Assembly (NCBI GenBank): GCA_002189035.1
Contig: NEEC01000018.1
Span: forward strand, 1,364,001 to 1,428,000
From: Utricularia gibba
Taxonomy: Eukaryota; Plantae; Magnoliophyta
DNA length: 64,000 nt
Direction of reading: 5' to 3'
The translations under genes were made by a program, and so were the position numbers. This document shows, one piece after another, positions 50,371-63,565 of this stretch (the stretch's first letter is position 1; every line of letters starts with the position of its first letter). The notes under the pieces are model-generated. The model had not been told where the DNA came from, searched no databases, and worked only from the letters and a program-made list of their open reading frames with translations.

Positions 50371-51867
50371 TTAGCATCTTATTGCTTGAGTGTCTGGTCT
50401 GGTGCTAAAGAGTTCATAATTACAAGCAACCCAACTGAGTTCAGGCTGAAGCATGCCTCTTTCCGCCTCCAGAGTTTCTCCTGGAAGTGATCTCTTGTGC
50501 CCATCTTCTCCCCACTTCCGTCACAATTTTGCCTGAGACAAACCAAACCCGTGTAAGGCCGGCAGTGTGTGAGACAGCGTATCCATTCATCTGAGGAAGT
50601 TACCGGCGGTGGACTCAAAGAACTCATCCAGAACCTTTCCATGCTCTGCAAATACCACCCCTATATTATTCCAACGACCATGTCTTATAGATTTGGAGAA
50701 TTTGGACTTACCCGTTTCGTATTCTAGCGCCTGCAGAATCAGTTCAACCTGGAAAAGGGTAATGGATTCAGTGTCCAGTTCAGTTGTGAGCAGGGGATGT
50801 AAGTAAATTGAGTTACCTTGTCGAAATCTTTCACCAGATTGGCCTCTAGAGAGGAGTTGTTTTCATACTCCTGCCATAGTTCTCTTATTTCATCAGCTAC
50901 AGGGGAGAAACTTGTCTGTGAAAAGATGTACTTTGCTTGCAGCGTTATGTGACAGGGAAAGAGGCAAACCTCTTGTTCCTCCACCGAGAACTTTGCACAT
51001 TTCCTCTAGAGCTTCTCGTTCCATTCGACTCTTTTCTGCCTTTGGAACCCCATCAGATGGAGTAATATCTCCCACAATGGCTGCCAGCAAATTCCATGGA
51101 AATTGTGGTGACAAATCAGGAAATGGTAACAAGCCTCAAATCCCATCATATCAGGGGGAACAGCAAACGGTGGTTTAACAGAAAAATTGTTCGGGAATAC
51201 GTATAGAAATGGATCACCTTCTGCAATATCATGAACAATGGCGATCTTGAGACACCTGTTAGAAATGGATGATTATCAATCAATTCAAGGAAGCTTGTAT
51301 TTTGAAGCCGAGGCAATCAAAGTCTCCTAATGAGGGATACCAGCAGCTGCGAAGCGTAAGCATTTTTTTTTTTTTTTTACCTTTCCCTGTTAACACCAGG
51401 AAGATCATCAACAATTAATGTCATCAACGCCATACGGTACATGTGATCAGCAATGGACTCAGGGCGTTCAATTCCATGGTTAACCCAGCCCTGTCTCTTC
51501 GTAGACTACAGAGAGACAAAACGTGAGAAAATCAATAGCAGACTGCAATCAAAAGCCTGAAACACACTGCAATCAAAACCAACTGATGCGTTCATACTTT
51601 CAAATTGTGGCACAACGTGAGAAAATCAATAGCAGACGCGGGTGCCAGAACGCTGCATTCATCCTTAGGCAGGATACCAGATACAGAAGCCTCCACACCA
51701 ACTGAATCATGGTCGGAATCGTGAGCACAAACCGAAAACCGTCTTGAGTTTGAAGGGCCGCAGGAAAATTGCATTTTGAACGAGAAACTAGGGGAAAACC
51801 TTGAACTTGGGAACCGAGTGGAAATAGACGGAAATAAGTAGCCTTCAATCCCGGGAAGCGACGCCAT
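50371..51867 (-). CDS. HD-domain metal-dependent phosphohydrolase (HDDC2-like 5'-deoxynucleotidase) with a probable transit peptide
   Basis: Exons 51867-51598, 51505-51381, 51255-51218, 51080-50970, 50896-50817, 50748-50712, 50645-50604, and a divergent last exon 50480-50371. Motifs KRQGW, ESIADHMYRM, VHDIAE, VGDITP, VKDFDK. Confidence 0.88.
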
Positions 51868-53068
51868 TTTTGAAGTTTTCTTTGAGAAAGATCACAAACT
51901 TCTTCCAATTTCCAATTCATTTCCTCCGTCTAACCCTCCTCGCCGGCCCATTTCCAGTCCGGCGACAATCCCGGAGCACGAGAACCTTTTACAGCGCTGC
52001 TCCTAACAGTCACAGGATTACCATTACCGTATGCCTGGTGATAAATCCACCCAAGAGAGCCCACTGGACCGGAGTAAATGGGCTGACCCAACGGCCCGAA
52101 CTAGTTACCAACGAAATAGCCTTTTCTAAGGCAGCTCATTTTCTATTGGGCCAAATGTTAACATAAGAGATCTAAAAGCCCAAATGTAGACTTACCATGA
52201 TCAGCAGTGTTTTTATTTTTTATTTTTTTTGCCTCAAGAGATGGCCAACAAAATCTGTTCTAGTGACACAAACAGAGGATATATGATAAATGCAAGCTTT
52301 CTTTGCTACCAATTTGCTTCTTGTGCACCAAACAGATAAAAAAAAATGTTGCTTCTTTAGAGGCTAAAAAATGGCAGCACTTGAAACTTACAAACTGCAT
52401 GAAACCAAAGGAACTTTTTTTGGAGCATTTCTTGTACAGAATGGAACAACTTTTCACTGTGAAGGAGATTGAGGATGGTGAATTGAGTGGTAAAAATGGA
52501 CAAGCGCCTGAAGAACTCACATGAAAGGCTGCTGCCCTCCTGCTCTTAGCTCAGTCAAGACAGGGATTTAAAGCTCTTCATAAATAAGGATTGTACTGAA
52601 CAAGGCTTGGTCTCTTGAATTCTAGCTATCTGGGGCCAGTGTCGCACGTGATTACACAAAACACCTGTAAAAGCAGGCGCAGAAGAGGTGCCAACTTCAT
52701 GCACTTCATGGTTTAAGGCATCTCTGATCACCCCTTAAACAATCACGGCTGCAAAGAAGAAGAAGTGTAGATGATGCAACTGTGGCGCACAGACAGGGCG
52801 GAGCAGTTGTTTAAGGATTCTTAAGTGCAATCAGCAACTTCATAGTTTTGAAGCATGCAGAGGAGTAAGCAAAGGAACATGTTGTTAAGAAGATGGATTT
52901 AGATCCAGACAGAGTCTCCATTCTTGAGGAAAATAAAGCAGCTCACATGGTGAGAGAACTTATTTGCAGAGACAGCTAAGCAAGTACCTTTTTTCTCCTC
53001 TGGTCATTTGATGCACCAGGGAGGGAGGGGATTTGCATCTCACACTCTTGTTTCTGGAGGTTGTGAAA

Positions 53069-53500
53069 ATGGATCATTCCAAAGAGATTGAAGAATGCAA
53101 TAGCAGTGAATCCGGCTGGACGGCGTACATCAACTCACCGATGCAGGATGATGATCAGTCAGTGAGTGAAGAAGGTAAGGAGTGTGGTGTGAGTGCGGGA
53201 GAATGCAAGAAAACTGCTGAAGAGGAAGATCTGGAGGAAGTGGAAAGCGATGATTCAATGGCGTCTGATGCATCATCTGGTCCAAGTCATGCAGGGAGTA
53301 GAGATGATTGGAAGCACAATCAGCAAGAAAGGAAGAACAAACATCATATGCAGACAGAGGCAGAAAAGGATAAGCCAGCAACACACAGGGAAAATACTGC
53401 TAGAGGAACACCGGATAGAACGCAACCATCGCTTTCCTGGAGAAAGAATGTGCAGTTACCAAGTGAGAGAATCCAAGAACGCAGGTACATGATTTTGTAG
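53069..53500 (+). CDS. SOFL: SOB FIVE-LIKE (SOFL) family protein
   Basis: SSESGWTAY and DDSMASDASSGP are the two conserved SOFL motifs; the exact start and end are not confirmed. Confidence 0.85.
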   Translation: MDHSKEIEECNSSESGWTAYINSPMQDDDQSVSEEGKECGVSAGECKKTAEEEDLEEVESDDSMASDASSGPSHAGSRDDWKHNQQERKNKHHMQTEAEKDKPATHRENTARGTPDRTQPSLSWRKNVQLPSERIQERRYMIL

Positions 53501-54623
53501 CTTTTTTATTTCTCCATGGTCACTAGATCCAACACATTAAAAAAATAAACAAGACCAATTTGCAATGCACCACTGTAAGCAACTTGCTCAGGTTTTGCGG
53601 TCAAATGCATATTGAGTTACCACCAGTTTTCATATACAACACATAATCATTTCTAGTATGGCAGTTTTATATACTCACTGCCTTTCTTTGCGAAAATCTC
53701 TATTTCCTGATATGATCACACAATGCACAACTACTCATTTTGTATGTAAAATCATCAAGAATTTTTGCACAAGCTGAATAAAACCTCTGCAAAGAAGCAC
53801 GAGAAAGAGGAGATACAGAGGTTTAAACAGTCATTCAAAAAGAAAAGGGAACTCATAAAAATTGGAATCAGAAATCCAAAATATGCGGTACAACAGAGCA
53901 CATGGTGTGAAACTAAGCGCAAACTCAAGAAACTTTGGAATTCGGGAGATGATGGATTACATCAAGAACACAAACCAAAGCAAACCCTCGACACAGAAGT
54001 CACAAGAAAACAAAACCCATTTCGTAAAATAATGAATCTAGCCGCAGAAGCTAAAAACTTATAGCTTTTTCATTTTTTTTTCTGGCAGTCGAATGTCATC
54101 CTTGTAGAAATCTTGAAAAAGGAAACCAAAACAGAGTCCACTGCTGCTCTGTTCTTTTTTTTTATATTCCCTTTCACTTGTAACCAAGAACTCCAATCAC
54201 GTTCTGGACTCTGAACATCAGGAGAAAAGATTGAATATTTACCGGCCCTTATTCCTCAACCGCCGCTGTAATTCTCCAATGTTAAATATTTAATCATGTG
54301 ATATGATTGACTAGTTAGATATAATTAATTATGTTCCTCTTATGCAATAGTGTACGTTTTATACATGTAAATTTCACATTTTTATATTTCTCCATGTTTG
54401 GAATACCTTTGTTAAAATTAGTCTATTCTCATTATTTCAAATCAAGTATGGTTAAATTTCAAATTTGTATCACGATTTACGTAATCATTTTATTCAATCT
54501 TATCTTACATTTGTCCTTATGGGACAATGGATATGTATAAGGTACATTCAACCTTATTTACATTTTCTACCCAACATTCGCCTTCCACAGTCCACTTAAC
54601 TTGCTTAGGATGAGCTCCCGGCT

Positions 54624-54794
54624 CTACGGAAACCGAACTTTGCTAGAGAAATGCTTTGCAGCGGCGGCCATGGCAGCTTCTGGAGAATAAATGTGCTCCT
54701 CAAACCCCATGGAAGCTTCCTCTTTGCAAAACCATCCCCTTAATGACTCTATCACACTGAAAAACCAGCACTTTTTCTCCTTATGGCTTTCCAT
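54624..54794 (-). CDS. 56-aa small protein of unknown function (below the ORF-track cut-off)
   Basis: MESHKEKKCWFFSVIESLRGWFCKEEASMGFEEHIYSPEAAMAAAAKHFSSKVRFP*. TATAAAT lies about 85 nt upstream (54877-54883 on the minus strand), followed by a CT-rich leader. The C-terminal AAAKHFSS..KVRF resembles a motif I recall from plant hypothetical small proteins. Confidence 0.65.
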   Translation of the reverse strand: MESHKEKKCWFFSVIESLRGWFCKEEASMGFEEHIYSPEAAMAAAAKHFSSKVRFP

Positions 54795-55354
54795 CTTGAC
54801 ACAGAATGCCTTTTGTTCTCTCAGAGAGAAGAAGCTACGCCTGTTGGATTGTCAATGAGCAAAATAATCAACCGGGATTTATAGTGAAGCTCTTTTCTTG
54901 TTAATCAAGAATAGCCTTGCTGCCGAGAAGGCGATAGGAATGCACAGTCGGCTGACGGCAGCAAATCTCACGTTCTTGATTTTCTCTTCTTTTTTCTTTC
55001 AGCTCAAGAAACAGCTTTTCACTGCCTCTGTATCAAGAAAGAGCTTTACTGGCTTGAGAAACATGGTGATGAACAGAAGTATCGAAATTAAAGATTTAAT
55101 GTTAGAATGAGAACAGGTGAAACATAAATGTATAAAAAAATATGGATCATCGACATAGTTTGTAATTCCTTATATTTGCTCGAATATGTACTGAATTTTT
55201 TTGTTAACAATTCCCAGCTCAACTATACATCATCTTCTTCGGAAGGTCTAAATACTGAAAGCTTGTAAAGTGGAAGTAAAACTTGACGAAAGCAAGGCCA
55301 AATGCTCATACTGTTTGCTTTGTTCCATAAACTACAAGCGTGCAGGAAGTCTCT

Positions 55355-56545
55355 TCATCCCATATCGGAAAAGCTTGCGTCTTTGATGTTGGCAGCAGCA
55401 GCTGAATCAAGAAACCATACTGATTCACCGTTGATTGGCTTGACCATACTTGCTGGAAGCGCTGGAGCTGGAGCGCTGGCGTCGACGACCAGTTGCACTG
55501 CCTCCGCCTTGCTGCCGCCGGTGGCGATGACCGCGACGTTTGCAGCGGAGTTGATGACCGGCAATGTGAAGGTTATTCTCTCCGGTGGGGGCTTGGGGGA
55601 GTCCGTGATGAAGGTAACCCATTGATCTTCGTCTTGGAGAACGCGGTGGTTTGGGAACAGGGAGGCCACATGGCCATCAGGTCCCATGCCGAGGAGGATG
55701 AGGTCGAACTTGGGACAATCGATTGGCTCAGAGACGCCGATCAGACGAGCCTTGACGAGCTGCCGGATCACAAACTCGTAGTCCTCTGCAGCCTGCTCTG
55801 CCGTCAACGAGTCATTTATTGAATGCACATGGCTGTGGATGATGGGAACCTGAAAAGATGTTCATACTGGAAGTGGTGAGCCACCGCAACATTTGCCTCA
55901 AGAATCTGTGCAGATTATACTATTTAACATATGACAACACAAATTTTGCTCAAATTCTGCTCCTCCATCCAGCTGAAATGTAGTGATGATCTTACTTCAA
56001 CAAAAGCCATGCTAATCACTAACAAGAGCTACATGAAGACTCTAGCACATTCAAATATCAAGATACTTACAAAACAAAGAGGCTATTCGAAGCTAGGTGC
56101 ATAAAATTCCAAATTCATTTAAAAAACATAGACAGGAGGAAAAAAAAAAACAACCTTGGGCAAAAACTGGTCCTTGGCAAGCCTATAGTTACTATCGGAG
56201 TGGCTTTTTGCAACAACACGCTCATCAACCCAGAATATGTGCCATTTGCCCCAATCAACAGTCTTGCTGTATGGAGCTTCACACAGCTTTCTGCGAAAAG
56301 GAAAAAAAGTGGAGTTCAATTAATCGAAGATTACCACATATGTAGAAGAAAAACAGAGACGCAGCCCCCTACCCCAGTAGAGATATGAGAGAACCACCAG
56401 ATAAGGCAATCGCAAAAGCTCCCCGATCTTTTACCGAAGCCTCAGATAACTCTGCAATGTAGTCTGCTAAGCTGGTGCTCAGTTCATCCACAGTTTCAAA
56501 AACCCTCAGGTTCCTTCCATTCTTAAGGGCACTAGTAAACGCCAT
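55355..56545 (-). CDS. PGL: 6-phosphogluconolactonase (no evident transit peptide, cytosolic type)
   Basis: Exons 56545-56373, 56290-56155, 55849-55355. Motifs [17 protein letters not shown]...[43 protein letters not shown]. Confidence 0.95.
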
Positions 56546-58524
56546 GCTTCTCACTATAAAATTGAAACTACCTGCATCGTGTTAAGCAGGTCAGGAGACA
56601 AAGTTGAGAAATCAAAAACTTGTATTTGAAAAGATACCAAACGCTGTCACTCAAGAACAGACAAGAGTAAATCCACGCCATGAATGAATACAGAATACGT
56701 ATCAGCAAAATGAACGACTTGTAAAAGGACAGTAAAGTGACGCTTGATTCTATGAAAACGCCCCCTCAAGTTACTACATAGAGCCCAGAGCCCTAAACCA
56801 GAACCAAATAAGTGACGAGGATCTCAAAAAGAAATAACCAACAAGCTTTGTAGAGAAAACCAAAAGGAACACAACCACAATCAGCGTATTCATCATGGAA
56901 TCATGCAAATAAGAGCAACCCCACATCGAAATCGCACAGTACAGCATTAAAAAAACTCAGACTCTCAAGACCCATCAAACAACAACACAAGAATTTGCAT
57001 TCTGTAGATCAAGCGCAAAGGAAGGTGAGGCCTCACCGGAGAAAGAAGGAAACAAAGGCTTCAGTCAGAGAAGCAAAAGAAAACTAGAGTGAGATAGAAG
57101 AGAATTCCCGATGAGCATCGCCCTTCATTCTTTTATACACACGCCATGGGGTCTCCTTTTCTCCCCTCTGTATTCCCAGGAAACACGACTCAAATTCACT
57201 GCTGACAAGGACATGGGAGATCTCCTACTTCCCCGCAATTTACCTGACGCATACCCATCAGAATCCAACCATCAACACGCAAGAGAAATTACCCCCAGCA
57301 AACGTGTCCAAACCCCTTTATCTCAAACCCAAATTCGCCCCGTTTTTTCCCATCCGGGTAATCACCTTGTCCTCTTCCCCATAACTTGCAATAAGAGCAG
57401 TTGGGATTCCGATTACCCAATCTGAGCTCAACACAACAAGTGGAAGAAAGCTGGATTTCGTCTGGCCCTCAGATGGAGCTCCATTTCAAACCATAATCGG
57501 AAAACGCACCCAAATAAAATCTTTATTATATTTATTTATTAACGAACAAGATAATATAATATTTATTTGTTTTTGTTTCATAATGCTGACGTGGAAAGAT
57601 TCCTCGTCTTTTCCTCTGAGATTGTGTCCTGCGATTATCCCCCTTGTCAGACGGTAAACGCCACGTTTTACCGTGACCGTACGTTTTATTTACCGCCGTA
57701 AATTCCTACCCCGTTCCGTTCTAGGTAAAAAAAAAAGAAAAAGAATGATCCTTTGTCGTGTTTAGAATACATTTATTTTTAAAATGCGATATTACCCAAA
57801 CTGACACTTACTAAACAACACCAGCATCGACAAATATAGAAAAAAAGGTGAGACACAAGGAATCAAGGAAGAAAGACTATAATTAGAATATTCAATTTAG
57901 CTCTAAGATTTTTTCTTTTTCATCGAATTAATCTTATACTTATACCTCTTTCGATTAGATACGAGTTCGTATCGACGAAAAAACGTGAAATTGAGAGGAA
58001 TGTATAAGATTGGAGTACATATGTGACAATTTTCCTTTGCATCGAGATCATGTGTTATGTCGCTAGTGGATGTGTTGTGCACAACATTGGATGTCATCAC
58101 CCATCTTTTTCTTCACTAGGTTGCATCCCACATCGGTTTTGTAGGGTTGTATTTAGAAACTAATAAAAATAAATATATGAAAATGCCGGCCGACGTCATG
58201 ACTATTTCCTGCATTATTAGGAAAATTATAATAAAAAATTGACAACAATTAGCATAACAATAATAAATTTGGTGTTTAATTTCCATATAAAACATGTAAT
58301 AATAATAAAAAGGGAGGTTTATGTTGATTTTGGTTGAAGCAGGCGGGTGGCCCACCCGATAATACGTCACGTCAGCCATCGTTTTCACCACTTTGGCATT
58401 GTGTGCAGGAATTACAGTGAGACAAATAATATCCATGTGAATTCTACTGCTTCCGCTTCATTGAGGGGGTGGGCCCCACCCATATGATCGCTCCTTGTTT
58501 CCAATTCCCAAAACTTACCACCAC

Positions 58525-58640
58525 GTAAAAAAAGTAAAAAAAAAAAAGAAAATTATTTTTGTACTCAAGAGGGTTCTATTGGATTCGAACCGACGACCCT
58601 TGGATCTGCCCTCAAACACTGCTACCCATCAAGTTTTGTT
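58525..58640 (-). mobile_element. tRNA-derived SINE-like remnant
   Basis: The minus strand reads aacttgatgggtagc (A-box-like)...caagggtcgtcGGTTCGAATCC (perfect B box, 58581-58591), then a short unique body and a T-rich tail (58527-58552). There is no complete cloverleaf. Confidence 0.5.
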
Positions 58641-58763
58641 GTTGGGGTGGGTGACCCGACTGACTCCACGGTTGGAACTCCCACACATGTTCTATCATTT
58701 ACTATGAACTAAAAAAAGTAAAATCATGATAATTGAATTTTTAAAGTGAATAATATCGTATAG

Positions 58764-59063
58764 ATATGTTTGGTATAAGAGATTATATAACGAGGGTTTT
58801 GGATTATTTGTGATTGATGTATACTAAATATAATAGATTATATATTTTTATGTTTAGTATGTATGATTGAGTTTATTTGTGATTAAATAAATTATACATT
58901 GATTTTAACAATCTGACCCACCCCTCACGTTTCATTATTACTGCGTATGTGAGATTATCGTGAGTTTGTTGAATCACTAGTGATTGTTAAATCATCCATA
59001 CCAAACACACCAAAAATATAATTATAAGTAAAAATATCACTTATCTTGCGTACCAATCATGCC
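58764..59063. mobile_element. Degenerate MITE-like element (GTTTGGTA/TACCAAAC type)
   Basis: atgtttggta at 58766-58775; taccaaacac at 58999-59008; taccaatcat at 59051-59060. Confidence 0.4.
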
Positions 59064-60705
59064 CTATAAGTAAAGTGTAGATATTAACATTTGGTATAAG
59101 ATTAAAACATGGGCACATATCAATGGGGAGATATGATCTAAGTAGGAAAGAATATAAGATTAAAAACTGATGATGATATTTCATATTGATTATAACATGA
59201 GGATATATATACTTAATAAAAAGATTTTACTAATTTTGTATGAAGTTTTTTTAAAAAGAGAGAACACATAGTTGTAATGATTAAGTGCTTAAAATAGAAT
59301 ATCACACAAGAATAATATGCATGTTAAGTCGAACTTTTTGAGATATAACACTTGTGAGACTAACTTCAACGTGATACTTTTTTAGAAAAAATCAAAAAAT
59401 ATCATTACTTCTGATAGAAAAAAACAAATGAGGAATAAGTTGAATCTCATAGATGATGTCAAATGTTATGGAGTTTGCGTGTTTGTTAGTTAGTAGATTA
59501 ATTATAACATTAGATGACTTGAGGTTAGTTTCAATCAACTTTTTACTTATCATTTACGTCAATCAAAATGATTAGTCCAATTTCATTTGAAAATGAATTT
59601 GAATGAAACTTACCGGTGTCGATGTTATTATACTCTTCGCAAATTGTTAAATATGATATTTAATTCGCAATAGAAGGCAATAAAATAATCATGCCAAGTT
59701 GTGGGATTGGGCGCTTGGTCAAGTGACACGTGGCGCGCTGTTTCCCGATCCGGTCCAACGAATACGGTTCCATGCCGGCTGGTCATTTAAGTATCGCACC
59801 CCGCATTCAATGACCCATTCATACATTAATTTTTTTTCTATAAAAATAGAAAAAATTTCACAAATTAAAATCATGGTAGCAACTTAGTCCAATGTATCTA
59901 CTCTTTGGTAAGAACGGAATGATCATGCACATGGCTCTTACTAATATTCGGAGGTTCGATCGAAGCGCGATTGACGATATGGTTGTGAACTCGATTCGGA
60001 TCGAAAAAAACATACTAGTTTAGGCATTGGGGATGACCAATTTGTTCATTCATCATCCACTGCATCAGAAAGTTGGTTGGAAGAGACTTATTGATGCTTC
60101 TCATTCACATAAATGTCACACAATGTAGTGTATGAATTCCTGCCAACCCAAACTAAAAGCATTGAATTATAAACGCATATCCTCATGGTTTTACGTTTTT
60201 CCAACGAATGTCATGGACTCTTCTCATGTAGACCCATATAAATAGGTTAGGAAGGTAAGTTTGATCACCACCATGAAAACCCTAAAAATGAGTTCATATA
60301 TCATCACTCATCAGGATCCGAGAAGCCCTCAAACTGGAACCCTAGGAATTCAATTAGAAATGGAAGATCTTCCGACAAAACTTAGCATACAAACGTTAGT
60401 TGTATCATGAACATGCAAAAATCTTACTAACTGTGAAGCTACACGACGATTGTCTGAAAAACAAGAGGAAGAAGGTAGGCTAATCATTTACACCTAAATT
60501 GAATGAGCAGAGGGCGCTATAATGGGCAGCGCGTACGGTTAAATTATAGCTGTTGAGTACATGAAAACAGATAGGAATTCAGATCTCTCACAGCTCATGC
60601 CTTGAATAATTTACACCCACAGAACACACACACCTGAAAATCACAGAGGTAAAAAGAAGCTTCAGTAGTCGTCTTCCTGAGCCAAGCGTTGCTAGATGTT
60701 TGAGA

Positions 60706-61818
60706 TCAAGGGTTGGAGGAGTAAACTGCAGTGGTGATTTGGTCAGTTACCGTGCAGCTACTGGACCCTCCTCTTTCATGGCTGAGACAATCCCAGCTGG
60801 TGAGGAACCCTATGAAGTTAGAGTTGGGATCCACGAATGGAGCAGATGATGAACTCGGGATTCCGAGAAGCTTCTCGAGGGTTCCAGAATCGGGAGGCGG
60901 CTGTTCGTATGATAGTATCGTTGCTTGATCTGTAAAACTGGGTTCTTGATCATGTGGAGTAGCTGCAAAGGTTCTGGGCATTGAAAACCCTAATTTCTGA
61001 AGATGTTCATCTTCAGTTGGTGTGGTAGATTCAGGTAGTTGGCTTGAGAGTCTTATCATCATCTTCTCTTTTGTTCGGCATCTTGCTCGTGCCCTCGCCT
61101 TGTCCCTCGACTCTCGAACGTTGGGCATCTTTTCCAAGTTCGTCTCTTCTTTCATTACACATTTCACATCTTTGTTCGAGCTTTCTTCCACCCCGGAAAC
61201 GACTTCGTCGCAGTCGGAGACGAAAGACTCGCTCTTGGCTTGGCTGTTGGAGACGTTCGAATCCACTCGAGGTTGGCCCTTTGAGAGCTCTTTTATGGCC
61301 TTCTTGGATTTGGAAAAGAGCCACTCAATAGTTTTGCTTGCTTTATCGTACCCAAGCATGTCCTGGAGATCGAAGAACTTGCGAGCAGCTTGGAGGGACA
61401 GTCGCATCCTCCGATCGCGAATCCCTTGTGCCGTACAAATCTTGCTATGCCGATCTTTCTTTCCCGCTCTTCTCCTCGGAGCAACGCCGATATTTCGCCT
61501 CCGCAGAGGTGGATCCATCTTCTTCCCCACCCTGGGATCCATAAGTTTACCCTTTGCTTTGATCTCAACATGTCCCTTCTCACCCGAATCAACAGCAATA
61601 GACGAACTCCCAGGGATCATCTGATTCTGAAACAAAACTTGATGATTCATCGAGAGCTCTTGCTCGTCACGCAGCTCCGGTGTCGGAAAATGGAACAAAA
61701 GATGAGGGTGCCCTTCGTCGGAGTTAGGGCTTTGTCTTGCAGGAGCTCTCAGCCATGGCTCCAAAACACTCGCTTCCATGGAGGGAGGAAGCATTCTATG
61801 AAGCCCTGGATTCAACAC
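60706..61818 (-). CDS. TCP12: Class II TCP transcription factor, CYC/TB1 clade (TCP12/BRC2-like)
   Basis: [52 protein letters not shown] domain; CDEVVS ECE-like motif; [19 protein letters not shown] domain. The start Met is uncertain (61818 or 61797). Confidence 0.9.
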   Translation of the reverse strand: MLNPGLHRMLPPSMEASVLEPWLRAPARQSPNSDEGHPHLLFHFPTPELRDEQELSMNHQVLFQNQMIPGSSSIAVDSGEKGHVEIKAKGKLMDPRVGKKMDPPLRRRNIGVAPRRRAGKKDRHSKICTAQGIRDRRMRLSLQAARKFFDLQDMLGYDKASKTIEWLFSKSKKAIKELSKGQPRVDSNVSNSQAKSESFVSDCDEVVSGVEESSNKDVKCVMKEETNLEKMPNVRESRDKARARARCRTKEKMMIRLSSQLPESTTPTEDEHLQKLGFSMPRTFAATPHDQEPSFTDQATILSYEQPPPDSGTLEKLLGIPSSSSAPFVDPNSNFIGFLTSWDCLSHERGGSSSCTVTDQITTAVYSSNP

Positions 61819-63565
61819 ACAAACAAGGAAGGATTGAGCTCCGATAAAGGGAAAAAGCTAAGAGAGAAAGCAAGGTCAAGGACGCATCCATCTCACAATC
61901 ATGGAGATCTAAACTTAAAAGAGGAGTTGAATTTCAACTCATCTGATGTAGACCTCACATTATCACCAAACACTTTTTGTATTCCTTTTATTTATGCATT
62001 CACCCCTCAACTTTAACATATTTGTAAAAACACCACCCTAGAAAAACAAATGCCACCCCATTTGAAATTTAGGGTTTTCAATCTATTTTTAAATAAATTG
62101 ATTTCGATCAAAATTTGAACTTTTTTCGATTTATTTAGAGGATTTTTACACATCATTTCATTGTTTACATTATCGAAATTTACTGTAAACTTAATTATCT
62201 CCTCGAAATTTTAGTTTTTCAATTCAATCCGAAATCCGAAATTCGAACTTGTAGATTGATGCACATAATCTTAGAAACCTTAGGCTACAACGATCATTTG
62301 AGTAGCCATGCTTCCTTGACCGAGGCCCTTCATGATATCATATATAAAATTAGAATTTGCTTTTTTCCCCCACATTGATGAAAAAATATATATACTTATT
62401 TGCAATATAGTCCCTAGGTACTTCTCAATTACTACACTAGGGTCATTGGTCTTCGTCCACGAGTAGCTCTATCCATTTTAATCATCTACGTCCATCGGGG
62501 TCTCCTATGTCACAAATTAAGGGCACGAGCGATCCATCAAAATAGTTTGATGACAATCGAGGGGTTCGAGAATAAAAAACTATATTAGAATAAACAATTC
62601 TATATTGAAATTTAAAAGTAAAATAATTAAGTATATAAAAAATTAAAAATATATAATAATCGATTGAAATTAATCTTTTTTAATACTTGATGTGTGTAAG
62701 CTTGATAAGTTGTTCAACGCCTTTAACTTCCGGTGATACTCAATTGGACCGGCGGTTGGTAGCTGGCGGTTTGAGTAAATGGATAGCATGTCTATTTATA
62801 TTGATAATATTAATAATGTCACAAGTCGACTTTATTGTCGTTTTGAACATCTAATTTTTTTTCACGGTTTAACATTTTGAGAAAAAAATAGTAAAAAGTT
62901 TATGTATTCATTATATTTAATTCTCTGCACTCTCTTTCTCATAGGATTTGGGTAGGATCTACATTCTAAACTCTAAAAGAGTAGACTATGGGGGCGCAAT
63001 GACGAGCCGGCCCATATTTTGGCCCATCTACGCAACTAAATTCTGGCCCACAAGCCACTTCCGTAATTTCAAAATTAATCATTCAAGAGAGATTTTAATC
63101 AAAATAATGAGAATTAATGTATATTCAAAAAATTAAAAAAATAATTTTTATAGAAAAACACACATTTATCCATATTAGCAATAATAATATTTTATAAATT
63201 TTATAAAATAAAAATTACATTTTCTAAATTATCCATAGTATATAAATCTATAAATTCCATATTACTTCAAACATTGAAATATATTTATATTAATATTTAA
63301 TTATAATTTATTTGAATTGTGTTAGTTATTGTATTTATTTATTAAACATACGTATATAATTATAAATTCATATTATACAATTAATTCTCAAAAATTAATT
63401 TTCATATAAATTATATTTTAAGATAAAGAGAGGTAATCTTTGATCTTTATGTTGATTTGTAGTAGCCGGCGCGTAGCGTGCACATGATTGGTCGGTGAGC
63501 TTATTTATGGCGGATGGTGTCCGAGAAGTGACACTCCGGTGCTTTTCTTGGAGCCGTGTACGGTG

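Noticed and set aside
57111-57425. 104-aa plus-strand ORF upstream of PGL
   Set aside because: No recognisable motif; it overlaps the probable PGL promoter/5' region on the opposite strand.
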